The notes: generated by a model not told the origin, from the sequence alone. A DNA stretch of 64,000 nt from a bacterium (GCA_963693055.1 OY843751.1:1024001-1088000); one strand, 5' to 3'; positions 21,793 through 32,538 are shown, numbered from the stretch's first letter. Numbers and translations: made by a program.

Positions 21793-24579
21793 TTATTTAT
21801 TTTTTTCTGCTCTGATCTTGTCTTCTTTGATGCTGTTTTCAAGCATGTCGGCAGGATGATCCAGTATTGGGGAATCTGCAACGGCTTTCCAATTGAAATT
21901 TTCATCAAAGGGATCGAGTGCTTTTTGCGGATCAAATATACGCGTGTCCGGCGAAAGAGCGTTATAAGGGGTAAAATCAGGTTCGTTTGTAAAAAAATCT
22001 GACATGTCTGATGCTCCTGCATCGTATTGGTTCAAGTAGGGAAGCCCTAAAATATGCCAGAATGTTTTAAAGATGCTGCCAAAACTGTAATGTACATGGC
22101 TAACATAATTCTTTTTGACCCAGGGAGAAATCACCATTAACACGCTCCGGTGTGCGTCAATATGATCAACACCGCCCTGTGAATCATCTTCAGTAATGAC
22201 GATTGCCATATTTTTCCAATAGGGAGTATGAGACAAAAATTCAATCATACGGCCAACGGCCAGATCGTTATCTACCATATAGCTTTCTCTAAAGGGGTAG
22301 CCATCTTTGGGGCGTTCACCGGAACCATGATCATTGGGAACCATGATCGTAATTACTGACGGCATGGTCTTTCCTTCACCCATCCAGCGATCATTGAATT
22401 CTTTGAGAAACATGTCGATACGGAACTGATCCGGAATACCCGTGTTGTAGGTGGCATAAATCTTTGATGATTTGTCATAGATTGGTGCCGGAACCGGATA
22501 GTTGACAACATAACGAACGCCGGTATATTTGAAAACATTCTCGCCATAAGAGGGAGCAAGCTCAAGCCCGAATCCAAAATTAAAGAAATCGATCTTGTTT
22601 CGCTCCAGATGGTCCCAAATTGAACCCGCTTCGTTATAATCTTCAGGATAGATTGCACCGGTTGCGCCAACAAACGCAAGGTTGCCGGGAGCAGCAGAGC
22701 CTTCGCGCATTCTTCTGCCGCCGCCATAACTTGCAGATACACTGGTCTCGACCCACTCGTTGGGGTAGGTATTGACCAGCCAGCGATGACCATCAGCCGA
22801 GTGATCGGAATCGCAATAGAAATTATCTGAAATTGCAAAACGCTTTGCCAGTTCAAGGTGGTTACGCATTACGGTTGCATTTTCTACTGATCTTTTTTTA
22901 TCATCACTTTTAAAGCTAACACCGGCTCCATAACGGGCAAGTGAGGGTTCACCATTTCCATTTTCAACCTGTCCAAAGACTTCGTCATACGTTCGGTTTT
23001 CTTTGGATACAAATACAATATGTTTGATGGGTGACTCTTTTTGTCCGGGAAAGAGGGGAATGGGGTTGTCACCACGGTTTTGAACCGCTTTTTCTGTAAC
23101 TTGCTCAAAGTTGAAATTGTTCTCTATAACCTTTTGTGTGAGCGATTTTAATTCACCATCAGCGGGAATGTCCATTACTGTTACGGTACCTTTCATTAAT
23201 CTGCCTATGTTACTACCTTCAGGACCGGGATCAAACGCGGGGCCGCCATTAGGACCGCTGCCAAAACCTTTTGCATTGGCAACAATGAGCTTTTTACCAT
23301 CTTTGCTTACTCTGATTTTTGAGGGAAACCAACCTGCGGGAATGTGCCCCAACAGTTCCATCTTTTCAATATCCAGTACACCAATTGCATTAACACCAGA
23401 TTCTGCAACATATAGCCGTTTTCTGTCAGGTGACAATGCCAGACCAAAGGGGATTACTCCCCTGAGCTGTCCCAGACGTTTGTCTACAGATAAAAAGATG
23501 TTTTGTACAACCGTATCTTGTTGGGTATCGATAACGGAAATACAATCGTTATTGCCGTTGCTTACAAATATATATTGATCCGTTGCAACAACCGAATTTG
23601 GGCTTGCTCCGCCAACTGCGGGAAAATCTTCAACCATTTCACCCACGAGAATACCTGTTTTTATTTTTGCAGTAACCTTTGGGGGTACCTGTTCAAGATC
23701 CACTTTCCAAACAGAAAAGGATTCAGGAACATTCGGGTCACCCAAGCCAGGTACTTTAACCGAGTCTGTATCAATACCCTCTTTAGCTTCTTTAGTATTG
23801 TAACCAAATGGTGGGTAATGCAGAGCTGTGCCTTGCATATTTTTCGGGTCAACGCTGCTGATATATTTATATTCAAACATACCTACATTGGCTACCCATG
23901 CATGTTTTCCATCGGGAGACAGGGTAATGCCAAAAGGATACCGACCTGTGGGAACGTTGTATTTAATTTCTTGGGTTTGTGTATCAATGACCAACAACCG
24001 GAAATTGATTTGATCTACCGCATAGAGTGTAGAACCATCATGGCTCAAAACCATATCGCCAATATAGCCGTGAGTAAAGTCAACAACATTATCTTTGTAA
24101 CCGCATTCAATCTGTCCTTTAGATTCACCGGTTGTCACGTCGAACATAAAAATACGGTTTTCCTGGCCACCTGCAACATATACAGTTTTGTTATCCGGGG
24201 TGATTGCAAGCCCCATGAATACAGCGGCCAGGGTGCCGTCGTCATTTTCAACACCGGGAGGAACTTGTTGAATGTCCGGTTCATCACTGGTTACATTTCG
24301 TAATAGTGTTATGGAAAAGGGACGCGTACCTGAGTTGGCTGTAACGGCAACACTTCCATCAGGACTAAGCGTTAATCCATACGGATGCGGAGCAACCGTA
24401 TAGGTTTTACCCAAAGGGGTGACGATTCGACCATTGGGTATAATGGTCTCACCTAGTTTGTTGATTTGGGTGATCTTTTTTTCTGCGGGTGCCGAGACCG
24501 TCCATTTTTTGTTATTTTGTGATCCACATGACATTGTGAAAAACGCTGCAAGAAACAGTAGTAAAACGATTTTTTTCAT
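21793..24579 (-). CDS. YncE/YVTN beta-propeller + phosphoesterase (alkaline-phosphatase superfamily) lipoprotein
   Basis: Lipobox TMSC; PxGxxLSPDG propeller repeats; IKHIVFVSKENRTYD, SDNFY, SADGHRW and EDDSQGGVDH motifs. Confidence 0.88.
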   Translation of the reverse strand: MKKIVLLLFLAAFFTMSCGSQNNKKWTVSAPAEKKITQINKLGETIIPNGRIVTPLGKTYTVAPHPYGLTLSPDGSVAVTANSGTRPFSITLLRNVTSDEPDIQQVPPGVENDDGTLAAVFMGLAITPDNKTVYVAGGQENRIFMFDVTTGESKGQIECGYKDNVVDFTHGYIGDMVLSHDGSTLYAVDQINFRLLVIDTQTQEIKYNVPTGRYPFGITLSPDGKHAWVANVGMFEYKYISSVDPKNMQGTALHYPPFGYNTKEAKEGIDTDSVKVPGLGDPNVPESFSVWKVDLEQVPPKVTAKIKTGILVGEMVEDFPAVGGASPNSVVATDQYIFVSNGNNDCISVIDTQQDTVVQNIFLSVDKRLGQLRGVIPFGLALSPDRKRLYVAESGVNAIGVLDIEKMELLGHIPAGWFPSKIRVSKDGKKLIVANAKGFGSGPNGGPAFDPGPEGSNIGRLMKGTVTVMDIPADGELKSLTQKVIENNFNFEQVTEKAVQNRGDNPIPLFPGQKESPIKHIVFVSKENRTYDEVFGQVENGNGEPSLARYGAGVSFKSDDKKRSVENATVMRNHLELAKRFAISDNFYCDSDHSADGHRWLVNTYPNEWVETSVSASYGGGRRMREGSAAPGNLAFVGATGAIYPEDYNEAGSIWDHLERNKIDFFNFGFGLELAPSYGENVFKYTGVRYVVNYPVPAPIYDKSSKIYATYNTGIPDQFRIDMFLKEFNDRWMGEGKTMPSVITIMVPNDHGSGERPKDGYPFRESYMVDNDLAVGRMIEFLSHTPYWKNMAIVITEDDSQGGVDHIDAHRSVLMVISPWVKKNYVSHVHYSFGSIFKTFWHILGLPYLNQYDAGASDMSDFFTNEPDFTPYNALSPDTRIFDPQKALDPFDENFNWKAVADSPILDHPADMLENSIKEDKIRAEKNK

Positions 24580-24822
24580 AATTCCTCCATATTTGCCAAT
24601 ACAGTAACATTCTGTAATGTAAAACAATTTCCAATAACAAGTTCTGTTTAAATTTAATGAATTTTATTTTTTACTTGATTTTTAACACTTTTTTCATTTT
24701 TATAAAGATAGGGGTTTTGTTGATCCAAATATTAACAAAATCAACCAACCGCAGCACCGGCATTACAATTATAATTAATCATTAATGTTGTAGGAATGCA
24801 GTAGAGTCTATGGAGGGCTTTT

Positions 24823-26094
24823 ATGAGACTTAAAGCAGTATTCTTATTGGGGGTATGGTTATGTTTTACCTGCCCGGTGTTTTCTCAATTATCAGAATGT
24901 CGTATTGATTTCAATACCGCAGGTGATGGAACGAATGTCTATGGCGGCAACACCTGGAATTTGAAAACCCACGTTGTAAAATCTGGTTTGGCTTTGACCA
25001 ATATTGATGGGAGTTCAGCCGGAGGAGCCAGCATTAGATTGGATGCGTACTATAATGATGCGTTGCCCAACGGAAACTGGAGCTTGGGAAATGTAGGTTG
25101 GATATATTCTACTACGGGTGTAGGGGCCGACCAATTGTTTTATACAGGTGCAGCAGATGTTACGACTTTTATCTATTTGGAAAACCTTACCGAAGGTTAT
25201 TATCGTGTAGATCTGGTTGTAAGTTATTCTTATACAGGCACCTATTATAGCAGTGATTATCAGATCGGCAGCAATTATGGTGTTGTACGAGAACCAGGTG
25301 GAGACATTGTTAGTGGTATGACCGGTCAGGGATTTAATCCCAATGTGGGATATAATGATGGCAGGTATGTGTCGTGGTCTGATATCGTTCCGGATGATGG
25401 AGCAATCTCTGTACAAATATCCGGCAGTAACCATAACATGATCAATGCATTGCGAATTGTTTACATGGGAGATTTATCTTTACCTGTTGATCTTTCCATG
25501 ATGCAGGCAAATTGGAAGGATGGAAAACTTTTAGTAGAATGGAGCACTGCAAGTGAACAAGATAACCTGGGATTTGAAATACATCGTTCCTGTTCTGAGA
25601 TGGGCGAGTTTGAAAGGATTGCCAGTTATTTGGATCGTTCCGAATTGAAGAGTAAAGGTAATTCTACAACGATCAGTCAATATGCATATACAGATCTTGA
25701 TGCCAATTTTGATGACAACTATTGGTACAAAATTGTTGATGTGGATATTGCCGGTAATCGCACGGAACATGGACCATTCAAAGTTCAAGCAGAGGGAGAG
25801 CAAGCAAAGCATCTTGACCGGTTTGAGCTTTATCCGTGTTATCCTAATCCTTTTAATCCGGTGACACGAATCGATTTTGATCTGCCTGGTGATCAATATA
25901 CGCAAATTACAATTTACAATGTATTGGGAAAACCCGTATGTGAATTGGTAAACAGTCAATTACCGGCCGGTAGACATTCAGTTACATGGGACGCCAAAGA
26001 TTCAAAAGGAAATGAATTAGCCGGAGGTGTGTATTTTGTTCATGTTTCAAGTGGTTCATTCAACAAAGTGACAAAAATTATATACTTGAAATAA
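24823..26094 (+). CDS. Secreted protein with LPVDL linker, Ig-like domain and C-terminal sorting domain
   Basis: Signal peptide; WSTASEQDNLGFEI; CYPNPFNP...GGVYFV; the N-terminal domain is unassigned. Confidence 0.8.
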   Translation: MRLKAVFLLGVWLCFTCPVFSQLSECRIDFNTAGDGTNVYGGNTWNLKTHVVKSGLALTNIDGSSAGGASIRLDAYYNDALPNGNWSLGNVGWIYSTTGVGADQLFYTGAADVTTFIYLENLTEGYYRVDLVVSYSYTGTYYSSDYQIGSNYGVVREPGGDIVSGMTGQGFNPNVGYNDGRYVSWSDIVPDDGAISVQISGSNHNMINALRIVYMGDLSLPVDLSMMQANWKDGKLLVEWSTASEQDNLGFEIHRSCSEMGEFERIASYLDRSELKSKGNSTTISQYAYTDLDANFDDNYWYKIVDVDIAGNRTEHGPFKVQAEGEQAKHLDRFELYPCYPNPFNPVTRIDFDLPGDQYTQITIYNVLGKPVCELVNSQLPAGRHSVTWDAKDSKGNELAGGVYFVHVSSGSFNKVTKIIYLK

Positions 26095-26159
26095 CATCTG
26101 TTGCATTTTAATGGATTAGTCATTATTTTCATCCTTGTACCAATATATGGAGCTAAAGA

Positions 26160-26477
26160 ATGGCCTGGTTTTTTCTTTTTATTGCCGGTGTGATGGAGAT
26201 TACCTGGGTGTTGGGGATGAAGTTTTCAGAGGGTTTTAGCAGACTCTGGCCAAGTATAATGACAGTTATTGCAATGACTTTTAGTATGTATTTTTTATCT
26301 CGTGCTATCAAGGTAATTCCCATTGGGACCGGTTACGCGGTTTGGACCGGAATTGGGGCAGCAGGCACTGCGATTATTGGTATGCTGTATTTTGACGAGT
26401 CCCGATCTTTTTTGCGAATGATTTGCATTGTTTGCATTGTATTTGGAACTGTAGGGCTCAAAGTGTTTTCAAAATAG
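26160..26477 (+). CDS. sugE: SMR-family efflux transporter (SugE/Gdx-like)
   Basis: 105 aa, 4 TM; MAWxxLxIAGxxE; IPIGTGYAVWTGIGAAG. Confidence 0.85.
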   Translation: MAWFFLFIAGVMEITWVLGMKFSEGFSRLWPSIMTVIAMTFSMYFLSRAIKVIPIGTGYAVWTGIGAAGTAIIGMLYFDESRSFLRMICIVCIVFGTVGLKVFSK

Positions 26478-26486
26478 GCTGATATA

Positions 26487-26966
26487 ATGGAATTGTTGCA
26501 AAATGGTTTTGTATATCTTGTACCAATACTGCTGCCTAACCTGATTTGGCTTTTTTTATCAAACCATGATGAAATTGGTGAGGTTAAGAAAAGTTTAAAG
26601 ACAGTTTACAAGAATTTGTCAATTCTTGAGAATATTGGGCGCATTGGGATCTTTATTATACCCTTGTTTGGCAGTGTTTTAATTGATCAATATTACCCCT
26701 ATTTTGTAATAATGCTTTTTATTGGATTATTTGTTTATTATGCCGGCTGGGTACGGTATTTTATAAATGACCGAAAACCAGAATATTTATATTGTTCTTT
26801 ATGGAATTTGCCTTATCCTCTGGCTGTAGCCCCTGTTTTTTATTTTATGCTATTGTCATTATTAATTCTTTCAATACCTATGCTTCTTTTTTCAATAGTG
26901 TTTGGGATTGCTCATGTATTGAAAAGCAGGATAGATTATAATATACTGATGGATCAAAAAGAATAA
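26487..26966 (+). CDS. Hypothetical membrane protein
   Basis: 4-5 hydrophobic segments; operonic spacing with both neighbours. Confidence 0.7.
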   Translation: MELLQNGFVYLVPILLPNLIWLFLSNHDEIGEVKKSLKTVYKNLSILENIGRIGIFIIPLFGSVLIDQYYPYFVIMLFIGLFVYYAGWVRYFINDRKPEYLYCSLWNLPYPLAVAPVFYFMLLSLLILSIPMLLFSIVFGIAHVLKSRIDYNILMDQKE

Positions 26967-26985
26967 AAAAAGTCAGGATGTAGTT

Positions 26986-28245
26986 ATGAATTCTCGTGAT
27001 CGTATCCAATGTACTCTGGGCCATAAAGAACCGGATATTCTACCTGTTGATTTTGGTGGCGGGCCTGTAACAGGTATTGCTGTTCAGGTTGTGTATCAGC
27101 TTCGGCAGAGATTGGGTTTAGACAAGCCGGGTACTCATGTCAAAGTAATTGAACCTTATCAAATGCTGGGTGAAATAAAACCGGATTTGCAGGATGCATT
27201 AGGATTGGATGTGGTTTCTGTGAATAACAATGGAACCATGTTTGGATTTGATCTGGTTGATTGGAAGGAATGGACTACTCCTGATGGTACACCCGTACTT
27301 GTACCCGGATTGTTTAATACAAATAAAGATAACAATGGTGATATACTACAATATCCCAAAGGTAATGCCCAATTGCAGCCTTGTGCAAAAATGCCCAAAA
27401 GTAGTTATTTCTTTGATGCTATTGATCGCCAGCAACCCATTAATGAAGAAATGCTGGACCCTAAAGACAATCTGGAAGATTTTGAGCTATTAAAACAAAC
27501 GGAAATCGATCATTATCGGTTAGAAACTGATCGATTGTTCACGGAAACGCATAGAGCTATTTACAGCACTTTGCCCGGAGTAAGCTTTGGTGATGTTGCG
27601 CTGGTTCCCGGATTATTTCTGGAAAATCCCAGAGGTGTGCGCAGTGTTGAAGAGTGGTATATGAGTTCGCTAACTCGTCCCGATTATATCAAGGCTGTTT
27701 ATGAACAGCAGGCCGAGATTGCTTTGCAGAATTTGAAAACTTTGTATGAAACAGTAGGTGATAAAATATCTGTTATACAGATTAACGGTACCGATTTTGG
27801 AACTCAGAACGGTCCTTTTTGCTCCAAAGAACAATATCGTGATCTCTATTTACCCTATCAGAAAAAGCTTAACGATTGGATCCACGCAAATACCCCATGG
27901 AAAACATTTATTCATAGCTGCGGGGGAATTTATCCCTTGTTGGATGAAATTGCAGAAGCAGGATTTGATATCTTGAATCCCGTACAGAGTACTGCCAAAG
28001 ATATGGAACTGCCACGTTTGAAAAAAGAATATGGAGATACCTTTGTATTCTGGGGTGGTGGCGTAGACACACAGAATATTTTTCCTTTTGGTACACCTGA
28101 GCAGGTTAAAGAGGATGTTAAACAACGAATAGAAATTTTGGGTGATGGCGGTGGATTTGTTTTCAGTACCATACATAATATTGTAGCCAATGCCCCCATT
28201 GACAATGTTTTGGCCATGTTTGAAGTAATTAAAGATTATCGATAA
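26986..28245 (+). CDS. Uroporphyrinogen decarboxylase / MtaA-CmuA methyltransferase superfamily protein
   Basis: MNSRDRI...HKEPD; DFGTQNG; IHSCG; GFDILNPVQ; FWGGGVDTQ; GGFVFSTIHNI. Confidence 0.85.
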   Translation: MNSRDRIQCTLGHKEPDILPVDFGGGPVTGIAVQVVYQLRQRLGLDKPGTHVKVIEPYQMLGEIKPDLQDALGLDVVSVNNNGTMFGFDLVDWKEWTTPDGTPVLVPGLFNTNKDNNGDILQYPKGNAQLQPCAKMPKSSYFFDAIDRQQPINEEMLDPKDNLEDFELLKQTEIDHYRLETDRLFTETHRAIYSTLPGVSFGDVALVPGLFLENPRGVRSVEEWYMSSLTRPDYIKAVYEQQAEIALQNLKTLYETVGDKISVIQINGTDFGTQNGPFCSKEQYRDLYLPYQKKLNDWIHANTPWKTFIHSCGGIYPLLDEIAEAGFDILNPVQSTAKDMELPRLKKEYGDTFVFWGGGVDTQNIFPFGTPEQVKEDVKQRIEILGDGGGFVFSTIHNIVANAPIDNVLAMFEVIKDYR

Positions 28246-28418
28246 AAAAAATTATTGATAAGTGATATTAATACAATACATTTTGAAAGATAATTTATAT
28301 ATCTGATAATAGCAAAACTTTGTTTGAACTGATGATTTATATCTCAGTAATTAAAGTTTTTTAGTTTGTGATATGCATGTGGATTATACAATAGTTCATA
28401 ATCTTGCACCTTGAACTA

Positions 28419-29168
28419 TTAAAATTTGGAAAATCCGAGGCTAAAATTAAAATAAATATTATTGATGTTTGTATTTTCAATATAATTAAAATTTTCATCA
28501 TTAATATAGATTTTTGAAGCATCAACTCCAAAACCAACACATGCAAACAAATAGGATTTTCTAAATAGAAAATAATTTATTTCAAGAGCAAGTCCATATC
28601 CAGAAACATCAATTGCCTTGTTATAATTTTTAATCAATGTTACAAACTCTTTGTCTTGCCCTATAAAATTTGTCAGATTATTTTTCAAATATGAGACACG
28701 ATTCAGTTCCCCGAAAATAACCTTTGGTGATGTTGATATAGAGAATTTCAATTTTTTGATATGAAACCATCGGGAAATAATGGGGCCAATATTATTTAAA
28801 TAAAGTATTCCCTCTGGTGAACCATATTCCTCGTAATAATCATCTTTGATTCGTTGATTTACAGATCTGTATTGATAATTGAGACCTACAGAGTATTGTG
28901 TTGTTAGTTGATAATTTAGAGCTAAATTAAAATAATCTGTATAATAATGATATTCGAATGGCTTTGTGCTTGAATCGCTTTGGGATACAAAATGAATATT
29001 GAAAATGTTGACAAATTGTTCTTCTTCTGTTGTGATTTTGCTACTATGAGTTCCAATTCCAAAATTTGTTGTAAGCCAAAATGTTTTGTTTTTAGGAAAA
29101 CTTTCAGCTTTTAAATTTGCAGAAATGGTAATAATGAGTAGAAAACTGAATAATAATTTACAATTCAT
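28419..29168 (-). CDS. Hypothetical exported protein, possibly a small outer-membrane beta-barrel
   Basis: Signal peptide, alternating aromatic beta-strands, C-terminal Phe; very AT-rich. Confidence 0.55.
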   Translation of the reverse strand: MNCKLLFSFLLIITISANLKAESFPKNKTFWLTTNFGIGTHSSKITTEEEQFVNIFNIHFVSQSDSSTKPFEYHYYTDYFNLALNYQLTTQYSVGLNYQYRSVNQRIKDDYYEEYGSPEGILYLNNIGPIISRWFHIKKLKFSISTSPKVIFGELNRVSYLKNNLTNFIGQDKEFVTLIKNYNKAIDVSGYGLALEINYFLFRKSYLFACVGFGVDASKIYINDENFNYIENTNINNIYFNFSLGFSKF

Positions 29169-29348
29169 AGCGCCCCCTGTTTTTTAAGATCACTCTTTGT
29201 TAAATATATAGATGATTAAATAATATTTCAAGTTTAAAATAGTGATAAAAGATTTAAACATCGTGTCAAAGATCCCTATCGTACAACTCTAACACGATTA
29301 ACTTGAAGTAAATAAATATAATTGTTTTATATCTAACTTTTTTAGTGC

Positions 29349-30164
29349 TTACCCCAATGCAACATCCAGGGTCATCATGACTGCAAAGCCCAGCATGGCT
29401 CCAATGGTTGCTACGTCGCTGTGCTTGTCGAGTTGGGATTCTGGGATGAGTTCTTCAACCACAACATAGATCATTGCTCCTGCCGCAAATGCTAACGCAT
29501 AAGGAAGAATGGGGCGCATCTGCAAAACTGCCCAGGCACCCAGCACACCTGCTATGGGTTCGACTGTGCCTGAAAGCTGCCCGTACCAGAAACTTTTTCG
29601 CCTGCTTAATCCTTCTCTTCGCAGAGGTACAGATACCGCTGCACCTTCAGGAAAGTTTTGAATGCCAATACCAATTGCCAGTGCAACTGCTGCTGCAGTT
29701 GTAGCTGATGGAAGACCCGCAGCTGCTGCTCCAAATGCGACACCCACCGCTAAACCTTCGGGGAAATTATGAATGGTTATTGCTAAAACGAGTAAAATGC
29801 TCCGTTTCCATGTGGTTTGGGGCCCTTCCGCTTCGTCGGTTGGAAAACCTGGATGGAGGTGGGGTAACAATCTGTCAATCAACCACAAAAATGCTCCACC
29901 TCCCAAGAATCCAACTGTCGCGGGAATCCATGCGGGAATTGTCATTTGATTTTCAGCCATTTCTATTGCCGGCGCCAATAGTGACCAATAACTTGCGGCT
30001 ATCATAACACCTGCAGCAAAACCCAGCATGCCATTTAAAACATTATGTTTCACAGATTTGAAAAAGAATACCATTGCGGCACCTAATGCAGTAACAAACC
30101 ATGTGAAAAGTGTGCCGATCAGTGCTTGCATAACAGGGGGTTGCTGTGATATGAAATCAATCAT
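29349..30164 (-). CDS. ZIP-family metal transporter (GufA/ZupT type)
   Basis: [11 protein letters not shown]; LPHLH; [11 protein letters not shown]; IQNFPEG; [17 protein letters not shown]; start placed at MIDFI after GGAG. Confidence 0.92.
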   Translation of the reverse strand: MIDFISQQPPVMQALIGTLFTWFVTALGAAMVFFFKSVKHNVLNGMLGFAAGVMIAASYWSLLAPAIEMAENQMTIPAWIPATVGFLGGGAFLWLIDRLLPHLHPGFPTDEAEGPQTTWKRSILLVLAITIHNFPEGLAVGVAFGAAAAGLPSATTAAAVALAIGIGIQNFPEGAAVSVPLRREGLSRRKSFWYGQLSGTVEPIAGVLGAWAVLQMRPILPYALAFAAGAMIYVVVEELIPESQLDKHSDVATIGAMLGFAVMMTLDVALG

Positions 30165-30222
30165 TGTATTGTCTCCAAGGATGTTAAGAATATGTAACAG
30201 TATATAAAATGTGAATCTAATA

Positions 30223-30240
30223 TCCAACTTAAAAGTTGGA
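30223..30240. promoter_or_regulatory. Palindrome in the divergent ZIP / glutaredoxin intergenic region, candidate operator
   Basis: TCCAACTT-AA-AAGTTGGA, a perfect 8-bp inverted repeat. Confidence 0.4.
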
Positions 30241-30353
30241 ATTATTATTCCATAAGATTCAGTTAATATGATGTAAAATTATTTTTTTTTGCATCCAACC
30301 CCAATATCCTGCATCTAAATTATAAACACTAGAGAAACAGCAGGAGAAAAAGA

Positions 30354-30932
30354 ATGCTAAAAGCGATTGAAAATGTTGAACAATACCAGCAGGTTGCTGA
30401 TAAAGAGAATTTTTATATTCTGGCCTTTTATTCAGATGCTTCTGAAAAAAGCAAACTGGCAATAAATGTACTTGATGATTTAAAGAATGACAATAGCGAC
30501 ACTCCGTTTTATTCAGTTAACGCTTCAACAGTCAAAGATATTCATCCCAAACTGGGTGTGAACAGTGTGCCTACGGTGCTGGCTGTTAAAGACGGTAAGG
30601 TTGTTAAAAACATTCAGGGATTGCAAAACCGCAATCATTACGAGATGCTGTTATATGATGCACCCGTGAAAAAAGATGGTACCGGAAAGGTCCGTCATTC
30701 TGTAACAGTTTATAGTACCCCCACGTGTTCCTGGTGTAACCGATTAAAACAGCATTTACGTCAGCACAGGGTCATGTTTCGGGATGTTGATGTCTCAAGA
30801 GACCAGCATGCCGCTCAGGAGTTGATGCGACGTACCGGACAAACCGGTGTACCGCAAACAGATATAGACGGTCAAATTATTGTAGGATTTGATCAAACCC
30901 GAATTGATTCATTATTGGGATTAGCGAAATAA
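30354..30932 (+). CDS. Thioredoxin-like domain (no CxxC) fused to NrdH/YruB-type glutaredoxin
   Basis: N-domain GVNSVPT but no Cys; C-domain VYSTPTCSWC...GQTGVPQ...IIVGFD. Confidence 0.85.
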   Translation: MLKAIENVEQYQQVADKENFYILAFYSDASEKSKLAINVLDDLKNDNSDTPFYSVNASTVKDIHPKLGVNSVPTVLAVKDGKVVKNIQGLQNRNHYEMLLYDAPVKKDGTGKVRHSVTVYSTPTCSWCNRLKQHLRQHRVMFRDVDVSRDQHAAQELMRRTGQTGVPQTDIDGQIIVGFDQTRIDSLLGLAK

Positions 30933-30961
30933 TATAAAAATTGATATGGAGGAAATGTAAC

Positions 30962-31246
30962 ATGCAAAATATTCAACCCGTAAACGGCAATGTATTGATA
31001 GCATTTGAAGACAGCTCGGAAGAAACAACCACCGGTGGAATTATAATTCCGGATACTGTTAAAGAAAAACCCAGCGAAGGCGTGATTGCTGGTATAGCTG
31101 CCGATGCTTCGGAACAGATTGCTGTGGGTGATCGTGTTATTTATAAAGCATATTCCGGGACTGAAGTCTCTTATGAAGGCAAAGACTATTTGATTGTTCC
31201 GGTGGGTGATATCCTTGCCAAATATGTAGAGGTAGATGCTATTTAA
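30962..31246 (+). CDS. groES: Co-chaperonin GroES (Cpn10) paralog
   Basis: IQPVNGNVLI; ETTTGGIIIPDTVKEKP; VGDRVIY..YSGTEV; DILA; start ATG after GGAGG. Confidence 0.9.
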   Translation: MQNIQPVNGNVLIAFEDSSEETTTGGIIIPDTVKEKPSEGVIAGIAADASEQIAVGDRVIYKAYSGTEVSYEGKDYLIVPVGDILAKYVEVDAI

Positions 31247-31279
31247 CTCTAAATACCAAGATTAGAGTTGTTGTGAATG

Positions 31280-31314
31280 AAAAACCGGATTGTTTAACTT
31301 TCCGGTTTTTTTTT
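31280..31314 (+). terminator. Intrinsic terminator after groES
   Basis: AAAAACCGGA...TCCGGTTTTT followed by further Ts. Confidence 0.75.
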
Positions 31315-31440
31315 ATTGGGTATTGATTGATACTGTATGGGCTGCCTAAAAAAATAATTGTTCAGATAATTCCATTGAATATTATTAAATGTTGTTTTAT
31401 TTTACAAGATATCTGACCAACTAAAAGTGAGGTCCTCCCC

Positions 31441-32538
31441 ATGAAAAATGAAACAACCCGTCGGCAATTTTGTAAATCGGCCCTCGCGGCTACTCCTTTA
31501 GTAATGCTGAGTAACGCTTCCGCACAATCTCAACCAACCGGACTGTCAAAAAAACTGGGTATCGCATTGGTGGGATTGGGTTATTATAGTAAAGATTTAT
31601 TGGCCCCTGCCTTGCAAATGACGAAAAATTGTTATCTCGCCGGAATTGTTTCTTTCCCGATGGATGATCAACAATACTGGATTGATAAATACAATATTCC
31701 CCGTAAAAATATCTATGCGCATACTGATTTTGATGCTATTGCTGATAATCCCGATATTGATATCATTTATGTGGTTCTGCCAAACTCGATGCATCACGAG
31801 TATACCATTCGTGCCGCAAAAGCCGGCAAACATGTGATTTGTGAAAAGCCCATGGCACTTACGGTTAAAGAATGTCAGGAAATGATTGATGCTTGTAATG
31901 ATAATCACGTAAGATTGTCCATTGGGTATCGTTTGCATTACGAGCCATATACGCAAGAGGTGATGAGGTATGGTCGGGATAAAGTTTTTGGTGCTATTAA
32001 ATATGTGCATGCATCGGCTGGATATCGTAACAGGTCAAAGAAATCCCATTGGAAACTGCAAAAAGCTTATGGAGGCGGGGCATTGATGGATATGGGGGTA
32101 TACTGCATACAAGGCGCAAGATATACAATTCAGGAAGAGCCTGTTAGTGTTACCGCGCAGCAATTTACCTTTGATCCTGAACGTTATGATGAAGTGGATG
32201 AAATGGTGACCATGCAATTTGAATTCCCTGGAGGTGCAGTTGCAAATTTAACCACAACATTTGCAGCCAGTACAAATACGCTTTACGCGGCCGCTGAAAA
32301 AAAATGGTTCAGCATGAATCCTTTCTCGCTCTATAATGGATTAACCTTGCGTACACAGGATGGCCCGGTAAATCTGCCGGATATTAATCAGCAAGCCGCG
32401 CAAATGGATGATGTGGCCTGGAGTATCGCAAAAAAACTGCCAATGCGGGTACCCGGTAAAGAGGGATTACAAGACATCAAGATTGTCACCGCTGTTAAAA
32501 AAGCAATTAAAACCGGGAATAAAGTTGAAATATTGTAG
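31441..32538 (+). CDS. Tat-exported Gfo/Idh/MocA oxidoreductase (glucose-fructose oxidoreductase-like)
   Basis: TRRQFCK twin-arginine signal; VGLGYY; GKHVICEKPMA; GGGALMDMGVY. Confidence 0.92.
   Translation: MKNETTRRQFCKSALAATPLVMLSNASAQSQPTGLSKKLGIALVGLGYYSKDLLAPALQMTKNCYLAGIVSFPMDDQQYWIDKYNIPRKNIYAHTDFDAIADNPDIDIIYVVLPNSMHHEYTIRAAKAGKHVICEKPMALTVKECQEMIDACNDNHVRLSIGYRLHYEPYTQEVMRYGRDKVFGAIKYVHASAGYRNRSKKSHWKLQKAYGGGALMDMGVYCIQGARYTIQEEPVSVTAQQFTFDPERYDEVDEMVTMQFEFPGGAVANLTTTFAASTNTLYAAAEKKWFSMNPFSLYNGLTLRTQDGPVNLPDINQQAAQMDDVAWSIAKKLPMRVPGKEGLQDIKIVTAVKKAIKTGNKVEIL

Noticed and set aside
23503-24303. 266-aa antisense ORF and the many other short overlapping ORFs in the track (e.g. 2049..2624, 22353..22856, 47599..48132)
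   Set aside because: They lie inside well-supported genes on the opposite strand or in another frame and show no recognisable motifs; treated as shadow ORFs.
26095-26159. Guanidine riboswitch upstream of the SugE/Gdx-like gene
   Set aside because: The 65-nt AT-rich spacer has no twin ACGR-loop hairpins or other recognisable riboswitch core.
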